A stretch of DNA of 64,000 bases, from assembly GCA_951406725.2 (NCBI GenBank), contig OX597831.1, positions 65,534,001 through 65,598,000 on the forward strand, read 5' to 3'. The position numbers were made by a program, and so were the translations under genes. A model generated the notes under the pieces. The model had not been told where the DNA came from. It worked only from the letters and a program-made list of their open reading frames with translations, and did no database searches. Shown one piece after another: positions 11,579 through 23,626 of the stretch. Source of the stretch: Octopus vulgaris (lineage: Eukaryota). Within the stretch, counting starts at the first letter, position 1. The number at the start of each line of letters is the position of its first letter.

Positions 11579-13626
11579 CGAGTTGAAAAGACGTTTTTTT
11601 CTACTGTGAAGCTAAGTACTTGTTGGTTTTACATTGTTGTAGGCTTTCCCTTTTGGGATTGCCTTTTGTTTGCTATTGATTTTGCATCTTTTGGCGCTCT
11701 GCCTGCGTTTGCAGGCTTGTGTTTATTACTGGTTTTACACCATTTAGGGGCGAAACTTGTATTTTATGTAGAGTATGGGCAACTTCATGGATCATTGGCC
11801 TGAACTGGAGAGCGACTTAACGGAAGCTCAAAACACCGAAAGTGGTTACGTGACCATGGCCAAAAGAGGCAGTTACGCATCAGCAGCCCAAGTCAAAAGC
11901 GACTGAGTGTCAGACAGAACAAACTCAAAGAGTACATGGAATTACTACAGAAGGAGGGGACGAATGTGAGATTGAACCCACACCCTCACCAGAAGAGTTT
12001 AGAGAGAGTACCAAGAGGAAAACTGTATGGTAGCGGACTGTTTACTGGCAACGAAAAATTAGAGATGACATCTGAGGATGCCGTCGAAAAATGTCTAAGC
12101 CAAATTTGGAATGAGGTGAAAATTTTAAACAAAGCAAAGCCTTTTGGTACGGTGGAGGTGAGGTTTGCTTCAGAAGAGGAAGCTTTAAAACACTCTACCA
12201 AAGTGGCTTGGATCGTTACATCCAGGCCATAGCGCCATCGGCAGAACTGGTGTTACTGCCGACTTATCTCCGAAAAAGGACATCCAGAATTAAAATTGGG
12301 GAAGTCCCTTCTGAAAATCACGAGATGTAGTTGATAGCAGCAATAATGTTGAACTTAAAAGACGGGAAAAATATTGAAAGCAACTAAGACACAACAAAAT
12401 TGATGGGGCGATGGCCTGGATGTAACAATCCAAGCCACCCCAAGTGACTTAGATGAGATCTCAGATCAAATTATCCTACCAGACGACACTAAACTGAGAA
12501 TTAGAGTAGAGAGCAGAAGCCCAAGTTGTCAGAAATGTGGGGAAATGGGTCACTTAAAGACCAAGTGTCCTCAGGTTTCGCAACACGAAGCATACCCTGC
12601 TCCTAGCACACCACTACAACCAGAAGAATCAATGAGCATCGGTACTGGAAAACCCGCCAACCTAACAGACAAAAGGCAGGAGAAGAAACCAGCCAACATT
12701 GTTGCCAACCCAATACAAGCCATCCCAATAGAAAAGCAAAACGTAATCGAGACCACAACAATGCAGTCCGAAAACAGCCCCAAGGAAGAAACCCATCCGG
12801 AGAAAAAATCAACCGAGATCAGCAGCGAGAAAGAAAGCAGCATCAAGGAAGAACCAACTACCAAGAAAAAAAAAGGGGGATACAAAAGATACTCCCCCTA
12901 AAATAATATCTCACAACTTCACACACAAAGAACAAGCATCTAACACGATCATCTCCTATAACCCATTTACAGAGGACATCTCTCCACCATTAACACCTTG
13001 CGTAACAGACACCACTTCCAGTTCCACCCCTCCGGACACCGACCCAGCACCTTCATATTCATTTGCAGACAGTCAAAAGCCGCAAACCTCACGGCCTTCT
13101 CCCCATAAAACAGTATTCATGGTGAATGTAAGGGGAAAAATGCAGCACTGCATAGAAAAATTTAAAAAACTGAAATCAACGATAAAGGTGAGTTGCCTGT
13201 AGGGGAACCCCACCCCCTGAATTGAAGTGTGTACTAATGGATAAAGAAAATTACCTAAAATTGAATGAGAAATTTGGAGCGGATGTGAATCCGTTGGGGT
13301 CGGAGGTGGTGATTGATTCACTGCCCTCAGTCATTTGAACACGAATGAACTAGTGATTTTTAGATAGTAAAGGTTTTTAAAAATGTCTGAAATGTTATTG
13401 TGAAAAACTTTTTTCTAAAAGAGAAACAGAAAATATATGCGATAATATTGACTGAGAAAAATACTCAATGGCATCGTTCGGTGCGTGGTGCGAGTGGCAC
13501 CTCAATCTTTTTGCATTCGCTTTTTCAGCCCACTTTTGTGTCTTTTCTTTATGCTGTCCTGTTTGTTTTGTACGGTCCTTACGTGTATTCGTACCTCTGT
13601 GTTTAGCCCCTTGTGGGTAATGAAAT
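11579..13626 (+). mobile_element. ORF1-only (HAL1-like) retroelement, second family
   Basis: Decayed ORF1 homologous to the first (LKEYMELLQKEG vs LNKYKEILRREG; TVEVRFAS vs TVEVQFAS), intact knuckle CQKCGEMGHLKTKC, no RT, 3' end ctctgtgtttagccccttgtgggtaatgaaat. Confidence 0.75.
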
Positions 13627-13646
13627 CGCTGTTACAATCATCTGAA

Positions 13647-14485
13647 ATGGCGCTGTCAAAGCGCGATATTCGAGCAACTTCAAAAAAGGACGTCATTGAG
13701 AAAGACCCACGTAAACCCACTCGAGAACTGGCAAAAGAACTTCAAGTTAGCCAGAAAACTACCTGCAACCATTTGCATGCGATCGGAAAATCAAAAAACT
13801 CGACAAATGGGTACCACACGATTTGAATGAAAATCAGAAAATGCGCAGATATGAAATTTGCTCTTCATTTCTCCGTAACTAGACCGATCCATTTCTTGAC
13901 TGTATTGTAACTTGCGATGAAAAGTGGATTCTGTAGATAAGAAATGTTCTTCGCAGTGGTTGGACCAAAATGGAGCATCGAAAACCTCTCAATCCGAGCT
14001 CTTTGAAATGTAGGTTATGGTGACTGTTTGGTAGTGTACTGCTGGACTCATCCACTATAACTTCTTAAAACCCGGAAAAACCATTACTGCAGAAACATTG
14101 CCATGAAATTGCGTAAATGAACGAAAAACTGCTACTTCTCTGTCCCAGACTGGTCAACAGAAGAGGGCCAATTATTCTTCATGACAATGCTCGTGTCATT
14201 CTTCATGACAATTCTCGACCACACGTTTCACTAATGACGCTCCAGAAGTTGAGGGAACTTGGCTACGAAGTGCTCTCCTCAGACCTTTCTCCTATCGACT
14301 ACCACTTTTTCAAGCACCTTGGAGGTTTCCTGCGAGAGGAGTTCAAAAATCAAACCGATGCTGAAAGTGCGTTCAAAGAATTCATCAGCTTCAGAACTCC
14401 AGATTTTTATGTTACCGGAATAAACAAACTTGTAACTCATTGGCAAAAATGTGTTGATTGTAATGGTACTTACTTTGATGAATAA
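13647..14485 (+). pseudogene. Mariner transposase pseudogene
   Basis: [53 protein letters not shown], with stops and frameshifts. Confidence 0.92.
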
Positions 14486-14558
14486 AATTTCTGCATTGTT
14501 GAAATATATTGTGATGAATTTCATGTTTCAAAACGTTGCTTACTTAATTACTCAGCCT

Positions 14559-14683
<125 letters not shown>

Positions 14684-14708
14684 GTATATACATATGTATG
14701 TGCGTGTG

Positions 14709-14772
<64 letters not shown>

Positions 14773-14803
14773 GGCTTAATGGCTTCCTAGATTCCAAGCT
14801 AAG

Positions 14804-14866
<63 letters not shown>

Positions 14867-14875
14867 CATACATAT

Positions 14876-14916
<41 letters not shown>

Positions 14917-14984
14917 CGTTTTTGGATTTGGTTTTCAAAATTCTTTATATGAGTTCGTGTGTTGAAGCATATTCTATTGAGTCT

Positions 14985-15990
14985 GGGGAGAGTCATGTGC
15001 CTTATCATATAACACACTCACCAGTAAAATTTCCACGTTTTTAAAAATTTTTATTGTTCGAAAATTTTCGTTGCGTCATGCAACCTTTTCAATAGTTTTG
15101 ACTCGGTCCGTTATTTACACCGCGTTCCCTTTTGTTTGTTTGTGCGCATGTGTGTGGGTCAGTGGGTCAGTATGTGTGTGTGCCTATACATGCATGCATG
15201 TACGTATGTATGTATGTATGTATGTATGTGTGTGTTTGCATGTGTATGTATGTATATATGTGTGTGTATGCATATGTATATATGTATGTATGTGTGTGCA
15301 TCTGTATGTACGATTCCTGCATATTTATGTTCTTGCCTGTCCGTGCTGGTGTATTTTCTATCTATGTGTGTGTGAGCGTGTGTTTGTATATGTATGCACC
15401 TCGAAACATTAATAACTCTCTTCTTTCACCGAACACCAAATTAATATATTGCTTGTGCACATTTCAAAACGTTCCTTACTTATTACTCAGCCTGAGGGGA
15501 GAGTAATTTTCTTTTTGTGCCTTATTATGTAACACACTCACCGGTAAAATTTCCACGTTTTTAAAAATGTTTATTGTCCTAAAATTTTCGTTGTGTCATG
15601 CAACCTTTTCAATAGTTTTGACTCTGTCCGTTATTTACACTGCGTTCCCTTTTGTCTGCTTGTGAGCATTGTGTGGGTCAGTGTGTGTGTGTGTGTGTGT
15701 GTGTGCCTATGCATGCATGCATGTATGTATGTATGTATGTATGTATGTATGTATGTATGTATGTATGCATGCCTGTGTGTGTATGTATATATGTGCATGT
15801 ATGCATAGGTATATAGGTATATGCATGTGTTGTGTATGTTTATATGTGTATATATGCATAGATATATATGTGTGTATGCGTGTGCATCTGTATGTATGTA
15901 TTCTGCATATTCATGTGCTTACGTGTCTGTGTTTGTGTGCTTTTTATGTATGTGTGTGTGTGCCTGTATTTGTATATGTATGCACCTCTG
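14985..15990 (-). repeat. Two tandem copies of a PLE 3' terminal repeat separated by a lone mariner end (15410-15495)
   Basis: 14985-15400 aligns with 15496-15990. atttcaaaacgttccttacttattactcagcctga matches the mariner TIR. Confidence 0.65.
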
Positions 15991-16431
15991 TCTCCTTATG
16001 TGTGCATATCTGAGTGTGTACCGTGTTTGTATGTATTGATGTGCATCTCCATATATGTGGACCTGTCTTTCCATATGCGTCCCTGTGTGAAGTAAAGTGT
16101 GTGTGTGTATATATGGTCATGTGTTTCATTCTCCATTTGCGTATGTTTGATTGTCTGTTCATATAACCCATGTACCTAACCGTCTGTATATTGATCTGCT
16201 TATTTTCATATCCATATGCTTATATACATGTGCATATACACATGTATACATACACCCACACATACACACATACACACATACATGTATCTACCTAACAGCC
16301 CACTTACTATTCTACTCTACCCGTGTAAACTGGGTAGCGGGGTATGATATCTACTATGTATATTTCCTATTTAGTATTAGAGAAGTTTCATGTATTTGTC
16401 TGAGTGTTGGGGCTTTTGGGTGCTTGGATAA

Positions 16432-17670
16432 GATGCGGGTGTCAAGTTAACCCAGGTTGCCTCCATGTTGGTCTTTGGCATGTTGGTAGAGTATGGAGGA
16501 CTGTTTTTTTGTCGTCATATTGTCTCAGATGTTCATTTAGTCTTGCCGCAATGCTCCTAGATGTCTCCCCTATGTATGTCATATTCATGTCTTTACAAGC
16601 ACCTTCTATGCATCTTATGCCGTAAACTACATTTCTAGTTGTACAGTTAATGCCGGGGCCAATCCTACATACCATGCAGTTATCATTGTTGCATATGGTA
16701 TTCTCAAAGGGGTACACCCTACATAGTTGTGATTCGACGGAGTTCTCTGGCTTTTCAGCAGTCTTAATGTTGAGTTTGGTCTCCTTCAGTGCTTTTCTAA
16801 ATCTACGGGCTAGTTCTCCATGGGCTGTGGCCTCTATAAACATCACTCCTTAATATTTGTCGGTATTAACCACGTATTCGCCCGGCTTACTTTGTCACAA
16901 GTTCTTTGTATCTTATTCCATTCTTTGTTTCTATATCTAAGGCAGGTACCACAGGTATCATTACGTATAATGTTATCTAATTTCTTTCTAGCCCCGCTGT
17001 ATACTCGAACCCTATCTTTCTGATCATAGCCAGAGAACTGTACGCGGTGCATGAATTTATGTATACATTCTTTCGTTTCATAGGGTTCGCACAGTGGGGA
17101 CACATTGTTCATTATCCTAACTAAGTCTGCTATCATTATGTTAATTTTCATGTTGTGTGACAAAGCTGAGTTCTTGTGAACAACATATTTTGAAGCTATG
17201 GGTTTCATGTAATAGGAGTGGAGGAGCTGCACTCTGTTGTTCACAGTCTCTAACCAAAGTTCAGTATCAAGTACAGGGAGTCTATTGTTGGGGTGCTTTG
17301 TGGGATAATCTATAGTTAACTTGATACTTTGGTGGATGGAGTTAGCTATTTGCTGGATGCTCTCCATTACGTTCTTTTCAGTCTCTACACTACCGTTACT
17401 AGAGTTGGTTCTAACTATGATGTTAATGTCATCTGCATACCTACTGTAGAGAAGAAGAGTTGTGGACTGTTCTGCTAACATTTGTTTAAGTTTTCTGTCC
17501 CACCAGGTCCTGAAGAGGCCAGCCACATCTCCAGCTACAGCGACACCGATGGCTGCACCTTCAACCTGCATGTATAGTTTCTTGTTAAACTTTACTATGT
17601 GGTTCTTCAAGGTGGTTTTTACACTGGCCCCTATTGCATGTGCAATCATTTCTTTCACCTGATTGTTGTT
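16432..17670 (-). mobile_element. Penelope-like element (Naiad/Chlamys-like) RT plus GIY-YIG endonuclease, 5'-truncated, one frameshift region
   Basis: QVEGAAIGVAVAG..WWD, YSRYADDI, LPVLD, YYMKP. Cys linker CNNDNCMVC, then NVVYGIRC...YIGETSRSIAARLNEH. Confidence 0.9.
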
Positions 17671-17705
17671 CTCAGGGTTTTGACCGAAACAAATAAAAAA
17701 TAAAA

Positions 17706-17813
<108 letters not shown>

Positions 17814-18324
17814 ATATATACATATATATACATACATACATACATACATACATACATACATACATACATACATACATTCATGCACACATACATACATACA
17901 CACATACATACATACATTCATGCACACATACATACATATATATATATATATATATGTACATATATACGTACATTTATAAGAAGAAAGTAAAACGAAAGAA
18001 AACAGAAAACTTCTGACAATGCTGAAATTGTCAGAAGCTTTCTATGTTCTCTCTTTCTACCTTTTTTGATATTACAATGCTTCAATCGAGCTGCAACGCT
18101 CTTATGAATATATATGTATACATATATAAATACAACACGAAGTTTTGTCAGTGAACAGGTGGCGGTCTCAAAACGACGAAAATATTTTGACAAATTAAAT
18201 TTAAATGTTGAAGGGAATCTAACGGTTTTTGTGTGTTATAAACACCTTCCACGCTGCAATTGTTTTCGTTCCAGCACACGATCTCAGATCAAGTCACTCG
18301 CTATGCAAGTACATCTCCGTAATA

Positions 18325-18442
<118 letters not shown>

Positions 18443-18453
18443 ATATATATATG

Positions 18454-18488
<35 letters not shown>

Positions 18489-18506
18489 TTTATTTGCTAG
18501 AAAAAA

Positions 18507-18544
18507 CTGTCCGATGAACGGCAACGTGAAACTCAGAGTAACAG
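18507..18544 (+). ncRNA. Minimal PLE-type hammerhead (U4C variant) at the start of a pLTR fragment 18490-18650
   Basis: CTGT CCGATGA ACG GCAA CGT GAAA CTC A GAG TA ACAG. Sister fragments lie at 33340-33406 and 37968-38045. Confidence 0.7.
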
Positions 18545-18646
18545 CTTTTGTTGAATTTTCTGCTGCTTTAAATAAAGCATATTACTCTACCACTGGTATT
18601 TGAGTACTCTTTTTTCCACCTTGTTTCACATTTATGTGTTTACTCC

Positions 18647-18711
<65 letters not shown>

Positions 18712-18908
18712 CGTATATATCACTGGAGATACGCGGTTCGCTGAAATCATGTGATCTGGCAGTTCCGGTGCCCATACCCGACAAATTTCGTCTGCTAACG
18801 TTATGCATGTGTTCTTAGCATCATACATCTGTATGAGATGTTGTCTCAGAACCAATACCGCAGAATTCTATGTTCTAACAAAACATCCACATTGAGTAGG
18901 ATATTAAG

Positions 18909-19061
<153 letters not shown>

Positions 19062-20239
19062 CACACATACACACATACATTGCATATCCAAATACTTTTC
19101 CAATACATTAGTAAAAATATACAGATTGTCATGGCTGGAATGTCCTTGAGTTCTTAGCTTTCTCAGAGTGTTATTGAAAAGCGAATATTATTTTAAGAAG
19201 CTAAAAGGTAAGGTGTAATATCTGCGTCAAACAATATATCTATTGTATTTGAAAAAATAAGTTTATGCAGAATATACGATAATTCTCATTCTTCGAATTG
19301 TCCACCAACTCCTCTCTTTTATTCCTGGAGCAACGCCCGATATTCTTCTAATAATCATTAAACGTGTTGCTACTTAGCCACAGGTCAGCCTGTTCATTCA
19401 ACCTCATAGCCAAAAGCATTCTAACCAAGGCAATCTCGTCTATTTTCTTTTCCCATGCTGGTATAGTTAGAACTATAGAATGTGTACCTTGTAAACAGTA
19501 AAGTGTGATGGAAAGGAAATTTAACAGCTATTTTTAGCACGTAGGCGGGGCGCTGATAGGCGACATCGTTGGCTCAGACTACGAATGGGCATCTTAAGCT
19601 GCGAACCTACTAAAATGTCAAACTTATTACAGCAAAATGAATCACAGATTGACGTAGTTAACCTTTCTGATTCATTCATCCATGGATAGGAAAGAAAAAA
19701 AAGCAAGACAAAAACAAGACAAACAAAGAAATAAGAAAGAAACTCAACTTATATCTTCTATTCTGTCACTCATTTACATTCGATACTATAGCAATGATGT
19801 CATCGAGGTAAACAGCAGTGTCTCAGTTTAATAGGTGAGAAATGAATAGCTGTTGTTGTCGGTAGTGTACAAAATGTTGAACCAAAAGCTGTAATATAAA
19901 GAGAAATACCACTGAGGTTTTGAATTGGATGAAAAACTGACGGACGGGTTGAATATGCATGGCACCTTCAGATTTATGAAAAGAAAAGAAAAAGAAAAAA
20001 AATTTAGGGTTTCTATGTTTTCGACAACGGAGGCTACGATTTTGGAAAAAGAATTTAAAAAATCCCCCACCCCAGCTTTTCAATATTTGTATTTCACCCC
20101 GCCTCCACCGGCGTTTTTTTTCCGTTTTGTTTTTCATTTTTTCGGAAAAATGTTTTGGTGATCCCAGAGATTACGATCTATTTGTGGGGGGAGGAAAAAA
20201 AATTCAAAATTTCAATTTTTTTTTGACTCCATCCTCCAG

Positions 20240-20365
20240 CTTTTCAACTACTCACCCCCACCACGACCCCCACCCATTAACATTCCGGATGTTGTTAAAC
20301 TCGTCTGCTCATTTGCGCATGCGTCTACAGCTTTTCCCATATGCAGACGAAATGCGGAAGGTTTC
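20240..20365. promoter_or_regulatory. Candidate promoter (NRF1-like and ETS-like motifs in unique sequence)
   Basis: tgcgcatgcgt near 20314-20324, ccggat near 20285 and cggaag near 20355, inside a non-repetitive island. Confidence 0.25.
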
Positions 20366-21399
20366 AATGTAGTCGTTCTACATGCTAGAAATAGCAGCCA
20401 AATCTCTGAAAAATATTTTTTCCGAATTTTTAATTTTTTTAATGCTCCCTCTCGGCTGTTGGAATAACAAAACGAACTCCACAGAAATAAGAAAAACACC
20501 ACAAAATTTCTTCCCGCTTCCTCCAACCAGACTCTACTGAAATATTTTACACCTCATCTCTTTATTCATGAGAAAGTGAAATAAAGTTTGCATCTTACTG
20601 ATATTTCTTCCCCTTCGTGCTGGTCAAATTTTAGAAGTGTAAAAAAGAAAAAAAATCATCTTCGTTTATTTCAGACATGGTTATTTGTGCACCTCTTTTT
20701 CAATCCTCATAGGCTCATCTAAAAGTTGGAGCCCTTCTTATAAAAAAGCAGTGCAACAGCACTTCTTAAACTGTTCCTATTGTATCCCTCCTTCAATCTT
20801 CCTTTCTCTCACTAAGGAAGCGTTCGGTCGATTATTATGCAATGTCAAATTTAGGGGAAAAGTCCCCCCCCCCCCCCGTGTTCTTGCTATATAAAGATCG
20901 CTTCATCTCTAAAAATGACTTAGTTTATATTTATCAGAGTCCACCAAAATCAGGCCACCCACAGCAGAATCTCTCGCAACGGGTCAGGAGATATGAGTTG
21001 TACTGTGTAGTTCAAATTGTTTGGATCTAACGTAACAAAATATCTATTTTCGATAAGCTTCGCTGGACTCTAGTCGGGACTGGCAACTTCAACAAAAAAC
21101 ATTCTGTGATCAAAATTTTAACTATTTCCCAGTTTGTTTGTACTCATCTTTACTTACAGGATTGAAAATATTTCTAGTTACGCTATACATCAACCAGAAT
21201 ATAAGCAAATAAGCATGGGATAAATATGCATATAAATCATCATAAGTTCCTCATCTCGGATATCATTTAACAGTTTATTTTGTATAGGAAAAGTTTTTTT
21301 TGTAGAGAAGACAAAACCGTTCAAATGAATTATGACTCCAGGGGGAAGAAAGGAAACCACGACAAAATAAAATTTGAATTCATGTCTGCAGTTTTCTCA

Positions 21400-22090
21400 A
21401 CCACAATAAGTCAACAAGGGGTCTATACACATGGCCAATATTCCTACTAGAAGCAGCAACGAAATTTTCCTCAGATCATACCCTATTGTCTTGAACAAAA
21501 GAACCCAATGTCTAATGAAGTCCCAAATGCGGAATGTATTTTGGGAAAAGTAAAAAAGAAAAAGAAAAGTAAGAAAGACAGGGTTGTCTAGGTGGATCAA
21601 AGCTGAGTTGAAGTTGAATAACAACGACAACCAAGTACTAACAATGTTCATTGGGTCTCTGCCATTGTTAAATAAGAGTACTGTTGGGTATCTATATCAG
21701 TGGTTTTCAACCAGGGTTCCGCGGAACCTTAGGGTTCTGCCAGTACAGTCCAGGGGTTCCGCAAGAAGTTACAAAACTGCTAAAATCGGCAGTAATTTTT
21801 AATTCTCCTGTGCAGATATGTGTGCATAAGACTATTAAATTATTGCACAGGGGTTCCTCGAGCTAGTGGAATGTTTCCTTGGGGTTCCGCTCCAGCAAAA
21901 AGTTTGAAAAGCACTGATCTATATAGTATGAGTATCGGGTGACTGAGCAGTAGCCCTGTCGGATATCTGAATAGTGGCAACGTTGATTAACTAAACAAGG
22001 ATAATATCAGATATTTGAACAATAAGCGTGTCAGGTAAGTAAACAATATCTGCCCGAGAACTCTAGGTGCAAATCATAAATACATTCTCT
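21400..22090 (+). mobile_element. Highly decayed non-LTR (R4/Dong-like) RT C-terminal region
   Basis: WIKAELKLNNNDNQVLTMFIGSLPLLNKSTVG and VSKQYLPENSRCKS loosely resemble the LKSELNxxN..PVLxYS.G and RLYLPRxxGGRG motifs. Many stops. Confidence 0.3.
21698..21916. mobile_element. hAT-Charlie MITE
   Basis: TIRs cagtggttttcaa / ttgaaaagcactg, perfect 8-bp TSD atctatat (21690-21697, 21917-21924), ggggttcc subterminal repeats. Confidence 0.92.
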
Positions 22091-23626
22091 CATTCTGGGT
22101 GCAAATGACTACTCTACACACTCACTATCTCTCCCATCCTAACAAGATATATCCCAGTCATTACAAGACGAAACGGAGAAAATGTTTAACTTTTGAAGCA
22201 CCTAGTTTTAATGTCTCCAAAGAGGTGGAGGTATCTGAAAACTGCTGGAAAAAAAATCGGGAAGGTCATGTGGTGACCTAGCAATAAACAACAGCAGCAG
22301 CAGCGAAAACAGCAATCTTTCATCCAAGGCCGAACCGTCTTTGTATGAAAAACCTCTATGTTGGCCAAGGAAGACGTTTAGCTGGAGGTGCAGACATTGG
22401 CTTATTTATAAATAGTCACAGGAGTGGCCCTGTCAATCATGGCTCTGACAGTCGGATCATTTGTTATTAATGCTACGGCTTTGGAGGTTCTTGTTACTGT
22501 TGCAGTTTGACGTTTTTTGTTGTTGTTGTTGTAGTGATGGAGATTTCAAACTTAGTTGGGATTGCTGTTGTTCTAAATTAATCCTTAGCAACAATGGTTG
22601 AAATGGTGCTATATCCAAGGCTCTGTTGTTCGTCTATCGCATTTAAGTCATACTAGCTCGACTAGTTTATCATAATTAGATAAGTGGTTTCCACTTGTCA
22701 CGTTTGAGACATTCAAGTCCTCTTTACATGGATTTTATAGACGTACAAGTTTGTGACTAATTGATGAGGGATATGTATGCTTGTAAGTGTATGTGTGTGT
22801 GTGTGTATGTATACATGCACATATTCATACATACATATATATTCATACACACTCATGCATTATATATGCACACGCACAAATATATAGACATGTATTGTGT
22901 AAAGTGTTGATAACATGTATCATAAAATAAATAGAACTAAATACAAATTATATATATTTCAAATGTATTTCAAAACAAATTATATATATTCCAAGCAACA
23001 TAAAGTGCAGATTTGACGCCGTGGATGAATTCTGATTACATCTCTTGACATTCATCACACACTTTGTTAATTCAGTAAAAATTGTAAATACCAGCTGCAT
23101 CACTGGAAAGTTCGTGGTTATATTGAAAACTATGACTGTATTTCTTCTTAACTTCTTCTTTAGAATTCACGGCACAATAAGGAAGTTACAGTTCTTCGTT
23201 CCGTGGGGCTGTGGGTTCAAGTTCAGGCATGTGAATTTTACTCTGGTATGAAAATAAGGATGTAAAAAGGTGTTTCAAGATTTGCTAGAACGATACCAAT
23301 GTAGTCGTGTAATCATAGAGATATGCGTTGTACAGGATTTTTGTGAGTATCAGAGCCAAGATGTACAATGACATGTTTTGAATATGGTTGAAACTTCCTA
23401 AAAGATGGTATTTCTGTGTACTGCAGGGTGCGTAAGGGATTTGAGGACATATTTTTATTTGGTCATTGCTGCATTTTTTGCTCACCCTATGTAATCAGAA
23501 AGTAATAATGGCAGACCCTCAGTTTACTCAAGAAATGAAGAGGCATACTGTTATCGTGACTATAAAGGCTGCGCACAGCGATTTAGAAATATCTCGATTT
23601 TTAAAAGTCGCTAGATATTTCGTATA

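Noticed and set aside
18255-18295. Minus-strand ctgaga...gaaaacaattg motif
   Set aside because: Core spacing is wrong and there is no stem I pairing.
22033-22041. Strong splice donor CAG|GTAAGT
   Set aside because: The upstream frame has an in-frame stop and the region looks like a decayed LINE. No acceptor or start supports it.
22280-22640. Gln/Thr-rich coding-like stretch on minus
   Set aside because: Stops in the frames checked, driven by (CAA)/(CAG) repeats, with no recognisable homology.
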